64,000 bases of DNA from the human T2T-CHM13v2.0 reference genome, Homo sapiens. Under the pieces are notes generated by a model. That model saw only the letters and a program-made list of their open reading frames with translations. It did no database searches and was not told the origin of the DNA. Where the stretch lies: NCBI RefSeq assembly GCF_009914755.1, contig NC_060926.1. One strand, 5' to 3'. Position numbers and translations under genes: made by a program. Below are positions 1 through 14,069 of this stretch, piece after piece; within the stretch, counting starts at the first letter, position 1; each line of letters opens with the position of its first letter.

Positions 1-982
1 AATGAAGAGATGTTATTAGTGGAGCAATTTCATTAAATGAATATTGTGCCAAATTATCTCAAATTTATAAGATAACACTTAAAACAATTTTATGGAAAAT
101 CGCTTCCAAAATTATGCCCTTATGAAATGCACACACTAATAACACACCACAAGGACACATAAATTATATAAGAGTCATATCCTTTTGCAGTTGCATACAT
201 TGAATAATGTGATGTTTTTGCAAGAGCAAAAAGTATACTATGTTATTAAAACATACTGGCATTTTAAAATGTTACATTAAAATCACCATAGACAACTAGA
301 AGATACAGAGGCACTAAAGACATAGTGTTTTGAGCAAGATGAGATTTGTTCCCCCTTTAAAGGGGAAAATAAAAATGCAAGACCACATATATAAAGAGAA
401 TGAGATGAGCTTCAAATAGGAACTAAGAAGAGAAAGTCCCACCTGTAGCTATTTTGTAAAGTTTGCTACACTGAAATGAATCAAATCATCAAAAGTGTGA
501 AGAATTCAGTTATTTAGCAATAACATGGAAACATCTCTTTCCATGAACTCCTAGGAATTGTGATGACTATGCCAATGGGAGAGATGAGAACCACTCATAA
601 GGCTGAAAATGATGAGTCAACACCCCACTTGTTCAGAGAGCCCAGCCATGTGGAACGGCCCACAGTTCCATTCATGCACCACGCTGTTGTGTACATGTTC
701 CCATATCCTACTTCTGTAGATTACAATTCTTCTGCTGCAAATACCTTTCCTTCTTGCCTCTCATTCTCTTCTTCTTTGGATCCTCTGGTGAGCCCAACTT
801 CATCTTTCAAGATTTGGCTTTGGAGTAAAATCACTATGAAGACTTTCTTGACCCGAATTACCGCTTCCCCATTTGGCTCCTCATGCATCCCCTTCAGGAT
901 ACTTGTTGGTTTCTGCATTACCTCTTCACTAGGCTATAGCTGTCTTCATCATCACTGTGAACCTAAGCCTCAGCATTACTAC

Positions 983-1332
983 CGTATCAGTCTGTTCTCA
1001 TACTGCTAATAAAGACATACTGGAGACTGAGTAATTTATAAAGGAAAGAAGTTTAATGGACTCACCATTCCACATGGCTGGGGAGGCCTCACAATCATGG
1101 CAGGAGACGAAGGAAGAGCAAAGGTTTGTCCTACATGGCACCAGGCAAGGTAACTCCACTTTATAAAACCATCAGATCTCATGAGACTTATTCACTATCA
1201 AGAGAAGAGCACAGGAAAGACCAAACCCTATGATTCAATTACCTCCCACTGGGTCCCTCCCATGACACATGGGAATTGTGGTAGCTACAATTGAAGGTGA
1301 GATTTGGGTGGGAACATGGCCAAAGCATATCA
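983..1332 (-). mobile_element. THE1-family (MaLR) solo LTR
   Basis: Reverse complement of the THE1 LTR (cgtatcagtctgttctcatactgctaataaagacatac ... ccaaagcatatca); perfect 5-bp TSD ACTAC at 978-982 and 1333-1337. Confidence 0.93.
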
Positions 1333-1914
1333 ACTACTAACACAGATGGGTGCATATTTGTTGAACAGTGAAAGGGGAACAATTTTGCTGTATTGTCATA
1401 AGTAAGCCAGTTTTGTTTCCCTAGATTGAGATGCACTAACCACACACTCTTTGGCCATAACCTTTGCATGGAATACTAGGACACTAATAATGTTTGATTC
1501 TGAGAAGCCATCAAGGCAGGAGCCTGTATCAAAATGAATAATGATTTGGCAGTAAGGTAACCTAGAATTGTGTGGTGGCTTGGCCATTTGGTAGTTGTTT
1601 TGTGGCTTTGGACAAGATTTGGTACTTCAATAATCCTTAGCATCCTCATTGATAATATGAGGATCATGGAATGGGATTGGACGACAAAGGCTTCTTGGAG
1701 CATAAAATCCATTATTCCTGATCAACTTTAGTTATATATTATACTAAATATATAACTAAATATATTTATTTAGTTATATATTATTCTATCTTTTTTATGT
1801 CTAAGGTCTATATATCCTAGCTCTTCAAATATATTGCAAAGTCATCTAAGACATGGTATGGACCATCTTTTCATTAATTTTGCAAAGCATTTAGACAGGC
1901 TTCTGTATTAAGGG

Positions 1915-2150
1915 CTATGACTGTAGAGCCCAGAGGCCTGTGTTCAGTCCTGGCTCCAACATTTACAGTTTTTAGGTCCTTGGGAAATTTACATTTCTTC
2001 TGTGTCTGGTGCTTTGAGTATGTTGTGCAACCTCTCTGAATCTAAATTTCAGTTTATTCACCTGTAAGGAGGAATGATAATGTCGCGCCTCAAAAAGGTG
2101 TGTTGTTAAGAAGGCAGTGAGGATTTTTCCAGATGTGCCAGCCTCACACA
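1915..2150 (+). mobile_element. MIR SINE fragment
   Basis: Degenerate MIR core (cctgtgttcagtcctggctcc ... ctctctgaa ... cagtttattcacctgtaag). Confidence 0.6.
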
Positions 2151-4494
2151 CTGCAAGAAATGCAGCCAACAGCCAAGCATGCAAGTGCTGAGGAAGGAGA
2201 GACCATGAGGAAAATTTTACTCTTTCCTTCTAAACCTAGCTTAGCATAGACATCACAAGGAACATTCTTTGCATAGCTGATAATCATGAATGAGGCATTT
2301 CTCTTTAGCTCCATCATGGTGCAGTAGAAGCAATAGAAAAAAAAAAATTTGAATTGAGACCACAATCCCACTTCATTGAAAAATATACAGCTCAAATGGA
2401 ATAGGCAGACACAGGCCTTATACCAAGTGATGCACTTTATTCAATCAGGACAAAATCACGTCATGAATTTCTACATAATCGCAAAGCCACTTAGAAGCAG
2501 AAAATGCAAGCCACTGTTGAGTAGGATTCTTAGAACAAAGTGGTAGGCAGGTTGGGAGGCTGGCTGAACTCCCAAAGACCTTCAAGTCAGGCTGGGGACA
2601 GGATCAATGGCCTCAGTGGTTAGGAACAATGACATCAATGTGCTAATTGTCTCTGTGATTCTGAGTGTAAATGCTCTGGTCCCTACAGTCCATAGGCATG
2701 ACAGATGATGATTAATGGGCCATCGTCTCTCCCTGGCCCAGGCTGTGCTGACACCTAGCCAGTATCTTTAAACAATGAGTGAAGTTTGGAGATGAAACAA
2801 ACTCCACTAAGCTGTGTCCATTACGGACTAAATCATGGCATGCCATGGTTAGGGGGCAGAACACCAGAAGCTACCTTCTATGACCAAACTTCAATGTGAT
2901 ATAGAATTTTTCATTGACAGATTTCTACCCCTCCTTGAACTCAGCCACTCTTCTTGTATTTGATAGACATTGTCTCATTGCAACTCTGCCAGGAGGAGAA
3001 ACACAACCCTGTCTCCTAAGGGCTTAAATCTACGGTGACCAGCAGATTTCACTTGCTCTTCCTTGGCCTCTTCTCTTAAGTCTGCACCACTGTTCCTATT
3101 CCCAGCAAGGCATGAAGTAGGGTGAGGGCGCAAAAGGAATAAAATAAAACCAAGGGTACCCCCTCCCAGAAATAAATACAGGTCTTCAGAAGGGTCAGTG
3201 CTGGCCAACTGTCAATCAGCCAGTGAAAATAACTGATTTTCACCACCAGCAAGCAGCTAAGAAGACAGCATAGCCATACAAATTATTAAGCTTGTGGTAC
3301 AAAGAAGACGGCCCTAGATTGTTGTTTCAGTACACATCTACCCTTACCACCAGGTGAAAACTGTCTTTCACTTGGATCTGAAATTGCCTCTGCCAGTATG
3401 TTCACCATTCAATCCTGAGAGCACCAAGACATCATGCACTGTTTTACAAAGGAGAGCTTTAATTTAGCACCCCAAAATATGTGTGTGAAATCATCAGACC
3501 TCGACTTTCTAGATGCTTCTAACCATTGCATACTTTCAAGCGAAATGCTTTTAATAGGCAGGAGTGGAGTCAGGTATCAAGCTAGCAAATGTTTACTAAG
3601 AAGCCACTTTTCATCTTGCCCTGTAATTGGCTTTTTAAGATCAAGTGAGAATTTTGACAGAACTCCTGCCCTGAGATTATAATCTGAAAGAACAACACTA
3701 AAACAAACTACAAGAGAACAAACAACTTGGGTTCATATATACTTGACGCTCAGTTCTGTGGTCAAATTATGAAAACAAAGTGGGGAAAAATGAATAAGGT
3801 TTGGATAGACTTGAGGCTGCTGGATACGTTGATACTTAAGCTGGAGATGGACAGAAGGTTCCCTTCTTAATGTGAGACACCTGCATTCTTACTTAGGAAG
3901 CTTTTCTGAGCACCAGATAGGCCTCTGTACTGGGAAGCAGAAGGAAAGTGACAGCTGCCCAGACCTGGCCATGCTCCAGCAGACCACAGACACCCCACAG
4001 AAATCTGAGAGGGACCTCAAGGTTCTACTGCAGTGGAAGGGAAGGAGTGCTTCTTGAATGTTGATGCAAAAAAACAAAGTTACTCTAAACGTTCACAAAA
4101 CCCCACCTAATTCTTTCACCATTTGACATAGGGGTGCTATGGTGGTAATGCCATAGGAATACTGAGAAGTCACACACAAATGCAACAATTATTCCAGTTT
4201 GGCGAACAGTCATATGAAGTTGCAAAACTAGGCAATACATTTAGCTTTCTGTGCAGATGAAGGTGGTCTGACAGCCAAATTTCACATGTGCTTGAGAAAA
4301 AATTTTCCCCATCCGTGATTCCAGTTGCTAAGCCAGGGCTGTCTTGGATGTTGAGTATTGAGGCAATGTTGAAGGCAACCATCATCAGGGCCCTGAAGGA
4401 AGAGCCTCAAGGTTAACAATGCTCTTAGCTGGGACATACTCTGTGTTCAGACCAGTGCAGAGTGCTTCGGTGCTGTTTTTGAAACACGATTCTA

Positions 4495-4680
4495 TCCCAC
4501 AAACCCATATTGAGCATCTATTGTGTGCCAGGCACTCCGCAAGACACAGGAATCTGGAAATAAATAGACTCTATTTCCTGAGAACCTAGTCTGGCAAGAG
4601 AAACATAAGCAATAAGTGTAAGTATGTGACAAGTATTGTAAGAGAATTATACAAATGAGGTGAAATGCTTCAAAGCACCA
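4495..4680 (-). mobile_element. L2 LINE 3' fragment
   Basis: attgagcatctattgtgtgccaggcact is the reverse complement of the L2 3' terminus. Confidence 0.6.
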
Positions 4681-4842
4681 CTTTTTCACCATCAGTGCAG
4701 GTATAAGGCAGAACCAAACTACAAAATTATTAAGTTTTATGAAACTATTTGCCCATGATTTTCTCCTTCATCAAAAGATCATTAAATATTTGTATACAAT
4801 GTAGAGTTTTTAATGTGATATGAGCTACAATCACCAATTTTT

Positions 4843-5945
<1,103 letters not shown>

Positions 5946-5994
5946 TTTACAACATATAATTAATTCCATCATAACTGCAATTCTACAATTTTCT

Positions 5995-6125
5995 ATGATC
6001 CAATTATATAAATAATTACATTAAATGTAAATGATCTAAGTTCATGAGTAAAAGATGGAGATTGTCAGATTGGATTTAACAAAAAATAGGGGAAAAGAAG
6101 AAAACCAACTAGCTGCATTTAATAT
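5995..6125 (+). mobile_element. Old L1M fragment, start of ORF2 (endonuclease)
   Basis: aataattacattaaatgtaaatgatctaa ... agattgtcagattggattt resembles the ITLNVNGLN...RLSDWI start of L1 ORF2. Confidence 0.7.
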
Positions 6126-6149
6126 TGGATTTAAAAGGTGAGGGTCTTG

Positions 6150-6950
6150 TGGATACCACTTAGGATGCAGAAAGCTGGGAAGAGCACTGCTCCTCTCCTC
6201 AGTATAACCAGAAAGGTAGAAAACCTGCAAGTTCACAACACTCCTAGAACCCATTAGAGACCTGAGGTCTCAGTACAATCAATTAATCAAAAATATAAGG
6301 ACAGCCAGGCAACTAGAAGTGAGAGTGGATGTACTTGCTTCCTGGAGACCAATGCCAGACAGGCCAATAAGAGGAATTCAGTGATCATTGAGAACTAAGT
6401 GGGGGCTAACATGAGGCTAGAATCCTGGTGACCACAAGCTCAGAGCTCAAGTCCCACTTGCTTCTCCATGAACCTCTCCAGGTACTCACAAGAAAGCTGG
6501 GGGAAGAGCGAGCAGCTGAGGAAGCCACCTTGGCAGCTCCTGAGAGGGAAGCAGCAGCAGAAGAGGTACAAAGCCCCACCCAGATCTTTCTCCCCTACCT
6601 CCTTCATGGAATAAAAGGCTGAAGCCACTGGCAGAAAGACACAAACCTGATTGGCCAGGTGAAAAGTCACTGCAGGTAGAGAAAGGAACAGAAAACAAAC
6701 AAAAACAAACCTGCTCTTACTGCAAGGAGGTACAAGAGAAAACCCAGATCTTAGAGAATTAGACTTGCCCTACTTCTGGGGAGGGGATGATTGCTGAGAG
6801 GTCCCATCCCTGAGACTAGGGACACAGGACACAGGACCTGCCCAAAATTGAGGCTGACCCAGGATAACAGAGAAAACACCTTCCTGCCCCCACCACTGGC
6901 ATGAGTGGGGGCATGCCACTGGTCCCTGATATGCCTGGAGGACTTCAGGG
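6150..6950 (+). mobile_element. Old L1M 5'UTR-like fragment
   Basis: Resembles mammalian-wide L1 5' ends (gcagaaagctgggaagagc ... cccattagagacctgaggtc); subfamily uncertain. Confidence 0.5.
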
Positions 6951-7596
6951 GAAGAGAGAGGCTGGGAATGGGGTGGAAAGCATAGCACAGCCCCTGGTTT
7001 CTTACAATGTGCCAGGAAAAACCCAGATCATCTCTCAGAGCAGGAATGCATGACACCATCAGGAAAAGCGCAGAACGTAAGCCTGCAGGGACAGAGGGGC
7101 CATGGGGCGGGGGGCGACAATGAGCACGGGACTCCAGCAGCAGGGCCTGAAGAGGCAGGCAGCAGGTTGCCCAGGCAGAGAGCCCTGGGGAAGCCTGGGC
7201 ACCTAAGTGAGTTCTTCAAGTTAATGCCTTCTTGCAGGGAAACACAGGCTCCTAGATTTATCCAATAAACCATATATTTATTGGATTGAAAATCAGGATC
7301 TGAGAATGATTCATGATGTTATTGATGGGAGACATGTAACAAAGTTATATGAATTAAGTTACAGTTAGCGGGTTTAGTGAAAAGGTGCATCTGCTCTATA
7401 GGCTGACTGGAAGTTGGATCCCTCCATGTGACTAGATATACTGTTGGCCCCCATCCCATCAGCCCCTGAGCCTGTGGCTGGACACCTGTGTTACCCTAGG
7501 CTCGGTGCTGCCAGGACACAGGTGAGGCAGAGCCATGCCCTGGGATAGGGGCTGGGCCTCAGCTCCACCACTGTTTTTCTTTACTGGGTCGCATAG

Positions 7597-7974
7597 TACT
7601 ATGGTCTGATGTTGGCGTGTCCCCAAAATGCATGTTGAAATCCTAACTCCAAGAGTGATGGCATTAAGAGGTGAGGACTTTGGGGGCATCAAATCCTGAA
7701 GGTGGAACCCCACAAATGGGATTTATGCCCTTATAAAATAGGCCCAAGGGAGCACATTTGCCACTATCACTGCAGGGATGCAGTGAGAAGGTGCTATCCA
7801 TGAACCACAAAGTGGATCCTCAGAAGACACCACCAGTGCCTTGGTCTGAAATTTCCTGGCCTCCAGGACTGTGAGAAATAAATTTCTATTGTTTACAAGT
7901 TCCCCAATCTACAGCGTTGTTTATAAGTTCCCCAGTCCATGGCATTTTTATAACAGCCAAAAAGGACTAAGACA
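7597..7974 (+). mobile_element. MLT1A-type (MaLR) solo LTR
   Basis: tactatggtctgatg ... ccaggactgtgagaaataaatttc ... ggactaagaca; near-TSD catag/cacag; about 28-bp internal tandem duplication near 7890-7945. Confidence 0.85.
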
Positions 7975-8619
7975 CACAGGAGTCCCTCCTGAGGCTCAGG
8001 GGATCTTCCTGGGACCCTGCCCTTTTCCATGGCTCAGCCCCATACTTCCACCCCTGCTGGCAACTCTGGCCCTACACTTTTGTCATCTCAGATTTCTTCA
8101 TCCCATGACAATTGGGATGGAGAAATCCACCTGGCTCTCTGTCCTTGCTGCAGCTGAAATCAGGCCCACAGAATCCTCACACCCCACTCACCTCAGAGGC
8201 ATGTGCTGGGCAGGGGAAGCAGAAGAGGGAGAGCTCTCAGCACCCCTCAGACTGAGCTCTACTCCCCTTCCTCCTTCTCCCTTCCTCTCTGTGCTGAGAG
8301 CCTCAGGCCAGCTCTGTTTCCCAAAGCTCCTCCACTCAGCCAATGGGACGCCCCATGCATGCTGAAGATGCCCAGAAAAGAGCATCATTCTGAGGTCCCC
8401 TCAGATCCCTCCCACCCCACACCCCCAGTGAGAATCTGGAGCTCCAGGGGCCCTGCAGGCAGGTTGACGCCCACATCTGTGGGTCCTGCCCCATGGAGGA
8501 GCAGCTCCCTGGGTGTTTCCACACACTTTGAGCACTACTTTCTCTCCACCTGGACCTGGGTGTCCCCACCTGAAAGGCGAGGGAGCGGATGGTTGACATG
8601 CTCTCTGAGCTCCACACCC

Positions 8620-9935
8620 TGAGGCTCACTTCAATCTGGCATCTGCCCCATCTTCATACCAAACCAACTTTTACAAAGGCCATCAATTACCTCCGTGTTG
8701 CTAAATCCAGTGGACATATTTCAATCCTCTTCTATTTTGAGCTCTCAGCAGCATTTAAAACTGCTCGCTCCCTCCTTCTTAAAATAACCCATCCCCATGG
8801 CTTTCAGGATGAAGCCGGCCTTCCCTCCCAACTCTACAGGCCCACTCTCCCTGATATGGCCATGGCGCTTGGACTGGAGTGTTCGTTTTCTAGCATCTTT
8901 TTAGTTTCTATGCTCTCCCTGGATCATTTTGTCCAGACCTTTGCCTTTCTTTCCCAGGTATCATCAAATGCTCGTCGCACCAAAGCTCCAACTTGGGTCT
9001 CTCCTCTGAATTCACAAAGCCAGTTTCCTCCTGAAGACATTTAGTGGGATGTTTTAAAAGTATCTCAAATCCATCACATCAGATAGCAGCTTCATAAATC
9101 CTTTCCCTGCAAACCTGGTCCACTCCCAATGTTTCTCATGTCATCTAAGCGCCACCAGTCATCCTTTGACATAAGTCAGAAACCTAGAAGTGATCTTCCA
9201 TACCCTCCTTTTCCTCAACTTTCATACTCAACATCTCATAGAATCCTACCAATGCAATCTCATAAATATCTTTAAAAACCACCCACCTCTGCCCTCTCCA
9301 TCCCGCACCCCAGGTCCAGCCACCAGCATCTGTGTTGTGGACCTCAGCAATGATCCTCCAGCATGTCCACACAGACCCCTTCTCCTCCTCGAAACAGGCC
9401 ACCCGAGTCAGCCACCAGAAGTCCACATCTTGCCATGCCGGCTCACTGCTCTTACAATGAAGCCAACATGTCTATAGGCTCTACATGGCCTGGGCCCCCA
9501 ACTGCCCAGCCTCATCTTGCAAGAGACCACCCTGGCTCTCCCCAACTCCAAGCATGCTGTCACTCTCAGTACCCAGGACCGTGTGACCTCTCCCATGGGG
9601 CACTGCTCATGCTCATTCTTCAGACAGAAATGCCTCTTATTCCTCCTCTTCACCTGCATAAATCCCACCCACCCTTCACATCTCAGCTCTAAAAGTTTCC
9701 TAGGGGACAATGCCTCTGTTGAGTACCTAGTTAGTAGCACTTGAAAAGCTCTGTTCTTCTCTTTCACAATGCTTTCATTTGGCAATTCTCCATTCATTGC
9801 TTGTTATTTAATTAGGCGTACTCTTCCTTACTAAAGTTCTGTCAGGGCAGGGACTATATCTGCAGTTGCTCACATATCACAGTGCCTGGCACATTGGTAG
9901 ATACTTAATAGAAACCCATCTGAATGAATCAATAA
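8620..9935 (+). mobile_element. L2 LINE (RT region to 3' end)
   Basis: ORF 8589-9044 contains degenerate L2 RT motif (KAINYLRVAKSSGHISILFYFELSAAFKT); ends cagtgcctggcacattggtag ... tgaatgaat. Confidence 0.85.
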
Positions 9936-10593
9936 TGCTACATCACAAATTAGATTTGATATCTTTACGTCAATTGGCATGGCATTGCAAAAGTAACAAT
10001 GGGTTGGGAAGGAATCGATGTGGCTTCAAGCCTCACCTCTTTGGGTGTCTTGCTGTGTGGCTGTAGGTGAGTCCCTTCCACTGCCAGCTTCCTCGTCTAT
10101 GACATAAATGTATTGTTCAGCTGACCCCTGAGGTTCTGTCCAGTTGGTATTACAGGATTTCCTGATTTGCCTTGGAATGGACACAAAGCATGCAATGCTC
10201 AGTTGGGGAACCTGGACCAGAAGAGCCAGGACATTCCTAAGATGCTGCAGGTTGGGGTTTATAAAGCCCTGGGGTGTCATCTTTTTAGTCAAAGCCACCC
10301 ACAGGAACCTTGGTGAAATGTTGCAGGAGCTGAAATCCCAGCACCTCATGGAACTTTTCAATGCCATACAAAGGAACCCCGCATACGAAGCATGCCTGTC
10401 AATCTATCTCTTGGTTTTCAGTTAACCCCTTTGATTTCACTTATAGCCTAATCTCCAGAAAAACTGATGTTCAAGTGAATCCAAGACAAGCAGGAGTTTA
10501 TTAACTCTATTTACTGTATAACCACAGGTCAGTTTCCTTAATTACTAATGGGATTATTGATAAACTGGGTATAAAACCAGGATGTACTTCTAA

Positions 10594-10792
10594 GCCAGTT
10601 CTAACAGAACTTTCCATGATAAGGGAAATGGGCATATCTGTGCTGTCCAAAATAGGAGCCCCTGGCCACATGTGGCTATTAGCACTGAAAATGTGGCGAC
10701 TGGGACTGAGGAACTGAATTCTAATTGCATTTAATTTGAATTAAACTTAAATAGCCAAATGTGGCTAGTAGCTATGCTATTGGACAGTGCAG
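10594..10792 (+). mobile_element. MER3 (hAT-Charlie) DNA transposon fossil
   Basis: ctgtgctgtccaa ... ggccacatgtggctatt ... gaggaactgaatt ... tggctagtagcta ... ttggacagtgcag. Confidence 0.85.
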
Positions 10793-11391
10793 AATCTAAA
10801 TGATGTGAAGGATACATATGAAGTGGCTGGCACATAACAGATCCAAGGGAATTGTAGCTATCTCCTACACCCAGCTCCACCTTCATGAAAGTGACTAGAT
10901 AATCTTCCTAAATCTGCCAATCCCCTGAACCCTGTTTAAGTTACTGCATTCAAGAAATCCAACTTGTAAAAAGTAAGTCCCAATGATGTTATAGAAGAGA
11001 ATCGTTAAGTCCTGACTTCTGTGAGCCCCAGGCACAGCACACATTCATTCACTCTCCATGCATGTGTCCACTCAACAAACTCCCGCCAAGTGTGTTCTCT
11101 GTGGGGAACCAGGAGATGGTGAGGAGGCTCCTGCACTTCCGAAGGAGGCGAGGGTGAGTCCTGAGCTGTAAGTCCCTGCTTCTTAGTCATATATATTTCC
11201 TTAAAGAGTTTCTCCCCATCTCCCCAAGATTAGGCCACTACCGAGTACCAAGTCTCTTTCTATGTTGATGCAAGTTAGCAGCAAAAAATGAGGTAATAGT
11301 GATAGACCCCATTTATAGGTCATAAGTAAAATGTATGAGGCCAGTTTTTTATATGTAATGTTTCACACAAGCAACACACACACATATATAT

Positions 11392-11935
11392 TGTGATGGT
11401 TAATATGGAGTGTCAACTTGATTGAATTGAAGAATGCAAAGTACTGTTCCTAAGTGTGTCTGTGAGGGTGCTGCCAAAGGAGATTAACATTTGAGTCAGT
11501 GGACTGGGAGAGGCAGACCACCCACCCCTCAGTCTGGGTGGGCACCAGCTAATCAGCTGCCAGTGTGGCTAGAATAAAGCAGGCAGAGGGACATGGAAGG
11601 ACTAGACTGGCTGAGTCTTCTGGCCTCCATCTTTCTCCTGTGCTGGATGCTTCCTGCCCTTGAACATCAGACTCCAACTTCTTCAGCTTTTGGACTCTTG
11701 GACCTACAACAGTGATTTGCCAGGGGCTCTTGGGCCTTCAGCCAGACTGAAGGCTACACTGTTGGCTTCCCTACTTTTGAGGTTTTGGAACTTGAACTGG
11801 CTTCCTTGCTCCTCAGCTTGTAGACAGCCTCTTGTGGGACTTCACCTTGTGATCGTGAGTCAATTCTCCTTAATAAACTCCCTTTCATATATAGATCCAT
11901 TTGATTAGTCCTGACCCCCTAGAGAACCCTGACTA

Positions 11936-11940
<5 letters not shown>
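11392..11940 (+). mobile_element. MLT2A2-type (HERV-L) solo LTR
   Basis: tgtgatggttaatatggagtgtcaacttgattg ... gagaaccctgactaataca; 549 bp, TG...CA termini. Confidence 0.9.

Positions 11941-11973
<33 letters not shown>
11939..11973. repeat. (CA)n microsatellite
   Basis: About 17 CA units directly after the LTR. Confidence 0.95.
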
Positions 11974-11975
<2 letters not shown>

Positions 11976-14069
11976 CACCAGCAGACCCCTGTAATTCAAC
12001 ACTCTAAATGATCACCAACTGAAAATGAAAACCCAAGTTAGGGGTGATATTTACCCTGCCCAAAACTCCTTGATCCAATGGAAACTCTGGATCATATGAA
12101 AAGATGGGGTAAATTAAGCCTTGATGAAGCATAAATAATCAAGATCAGGCCATGACCAGACAGGAAGGAGATTCCAAAGAATAAAATTAATTTGTAAGGG
12201 AATATAACTATCTGTGGCTCACATTTATTTCAGCTACAGCATGTGGAATGTTTGTCTGGCATTTGTCAAATGGCAGAGTTCATTTTTTTGACTGCCTCAA
12301 TATGAATTTCCAACTAACCTAGATAACCTAGAATTTCAAAGATTAGAGAAATGAGAATTTAAAAACTTGCAGAAAACTAAAGCCAATAACAGTAATCGTG
12401 CTTTGCAACATAAACAAAAAAGTCTAATTTTGGCCTCTGAAAACACACCCCACCCAATGTCATTAGTCATTAAAGTATAGACAAGCTCAATCTCACACTG
12501 TAAGCCTTTTTTACTTTTATCTCTACCTCCCCCTCCCCCCCAAAATATATATTTATAGTTGTACAGTAATTTGTTTAGGTGATTTTAAGCTCAAATGATT
12601 ATTTTGAGGATGTTTGAAGGGAGAAGAACAGTATAACTTCACAACTTTCAGGGCAGGTCTGCAGATGGCTGAGGACTTTAATCTAGTTGGAGTGGGAGAG
12701 AAACCGTTACCTGGGGATGGTTGGTGAGGACAAGAAGCTCGGTTTGATTGGACACCAGTTGATCAGATCTACTTCCTGTTCTCCATCCCCTACTTCCCGT
12801 CACAGTGCAGGTGGAACCAGCGGTGGACTGCACGTATGCTCTGAGTGCAAACCTACCCTGCTGGAGTCCACTCTGAGTGGGAGCATCTAAGGCCCAGGAG
12901 AGCTGTGAGGTCCAAGCAGATGCCACTGACACCCTGGACACCCCTGAGGCAGAGGAAGATGGAGGAACCCCAGGCTGGGGAGGGCCGAATGCCAAGAGCA
13001 CCTCCATGTCCCCTCAGCCAGAACCTGCCTCTCCACTTGGAAGATAGATTCCAACACAAAGACGTGTTGAGCTGCATGGAAGGAGAGCAGTGCCTCTGCT
13101 CACTCGTTTGGTGTTGTAGAGCCACAGGGACAGGGTCCCTGCTCAAGGCCCCACGCCATAAGCACAATAGGAAGGAGTGGCTGCTGAGTCACCTTTGTGT
13201 GTGAAATTTCCAGACTGAGGCTGTGCTATGCTGCAAACCTGGATGGGGCGCCTGGACAACAAATTCCCATATGCAGCTGGAGCACCAGAGTCCCCACAAG
13301 AATCCCACACAATAGAAAAACGGAGCCCCAGAACCACGCATTCCAGAGCTTCCTCTGGAGCCTGTCAAGCTGGACGCTAACAGCAGCCCCTGGACTCCCA
13401 CATGGCCTCACTTAAAGAGGCATGTGCACAACACACACACACATATGCACACAGCTGCAGCCTGATTTACACACATACAAATACATCTATTTTCTAGCGT
13501 TTTGGTGCTCAAAGTGGTCAGCCAAATGTTGCCTCTGGAGTCTCATTGCAATGCTCTGGCTGAAGCCCAGGGCCTGTGAGGACATCCCTCCAGTGCATAA
13601 ATCCATGAACACACAGCCTTGAACCTCTATTCCTGTAACTTCTGAAAGTAGAGAATTCCTTTTTGTAAAGTGCAGAGTAATTTCAAAACTGACTCTGGGT
13701 CAAAGACATTAAGCTATACTCTTCTCTCAATGCATTAAAACTTTCCTTTCTTCCTTCATCCATCTCTTCTTTCAGTAAACTACTTCTGCACATCCTACCC
13801 TATTCTAGGCACTGAGAAAATATACGAATAAGTGAGGCTCAGAGTCCTCCCTTGGGAACCATTCATCCAAAGGCAATGACATAATCAGTAAATTGGTAAT
13901 AAAGTATGTTAAACTTTATAATAAAATCAAGCCCAGCCCAAGAGGAGTTAAAGCTGAGAAAAAGCATTCTGCTCATGATTGTTAGAGAAGATGTCAAAAA
14001 GATAATGATTTTTAACCTAGATTTTGAGCTAAAGAAAGTGCCACAGAACAAGAGGTGGCAGGACCTCCC

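Noticed and set aside
940-1480. Resemblance of minus-strand FHAK ... PIC ... VHSD to a RING-H2 C-terminus (RNF38-like)
   Set aside because: Motif spacing and cysteine pattern do not fit, so no parent gene is assigned
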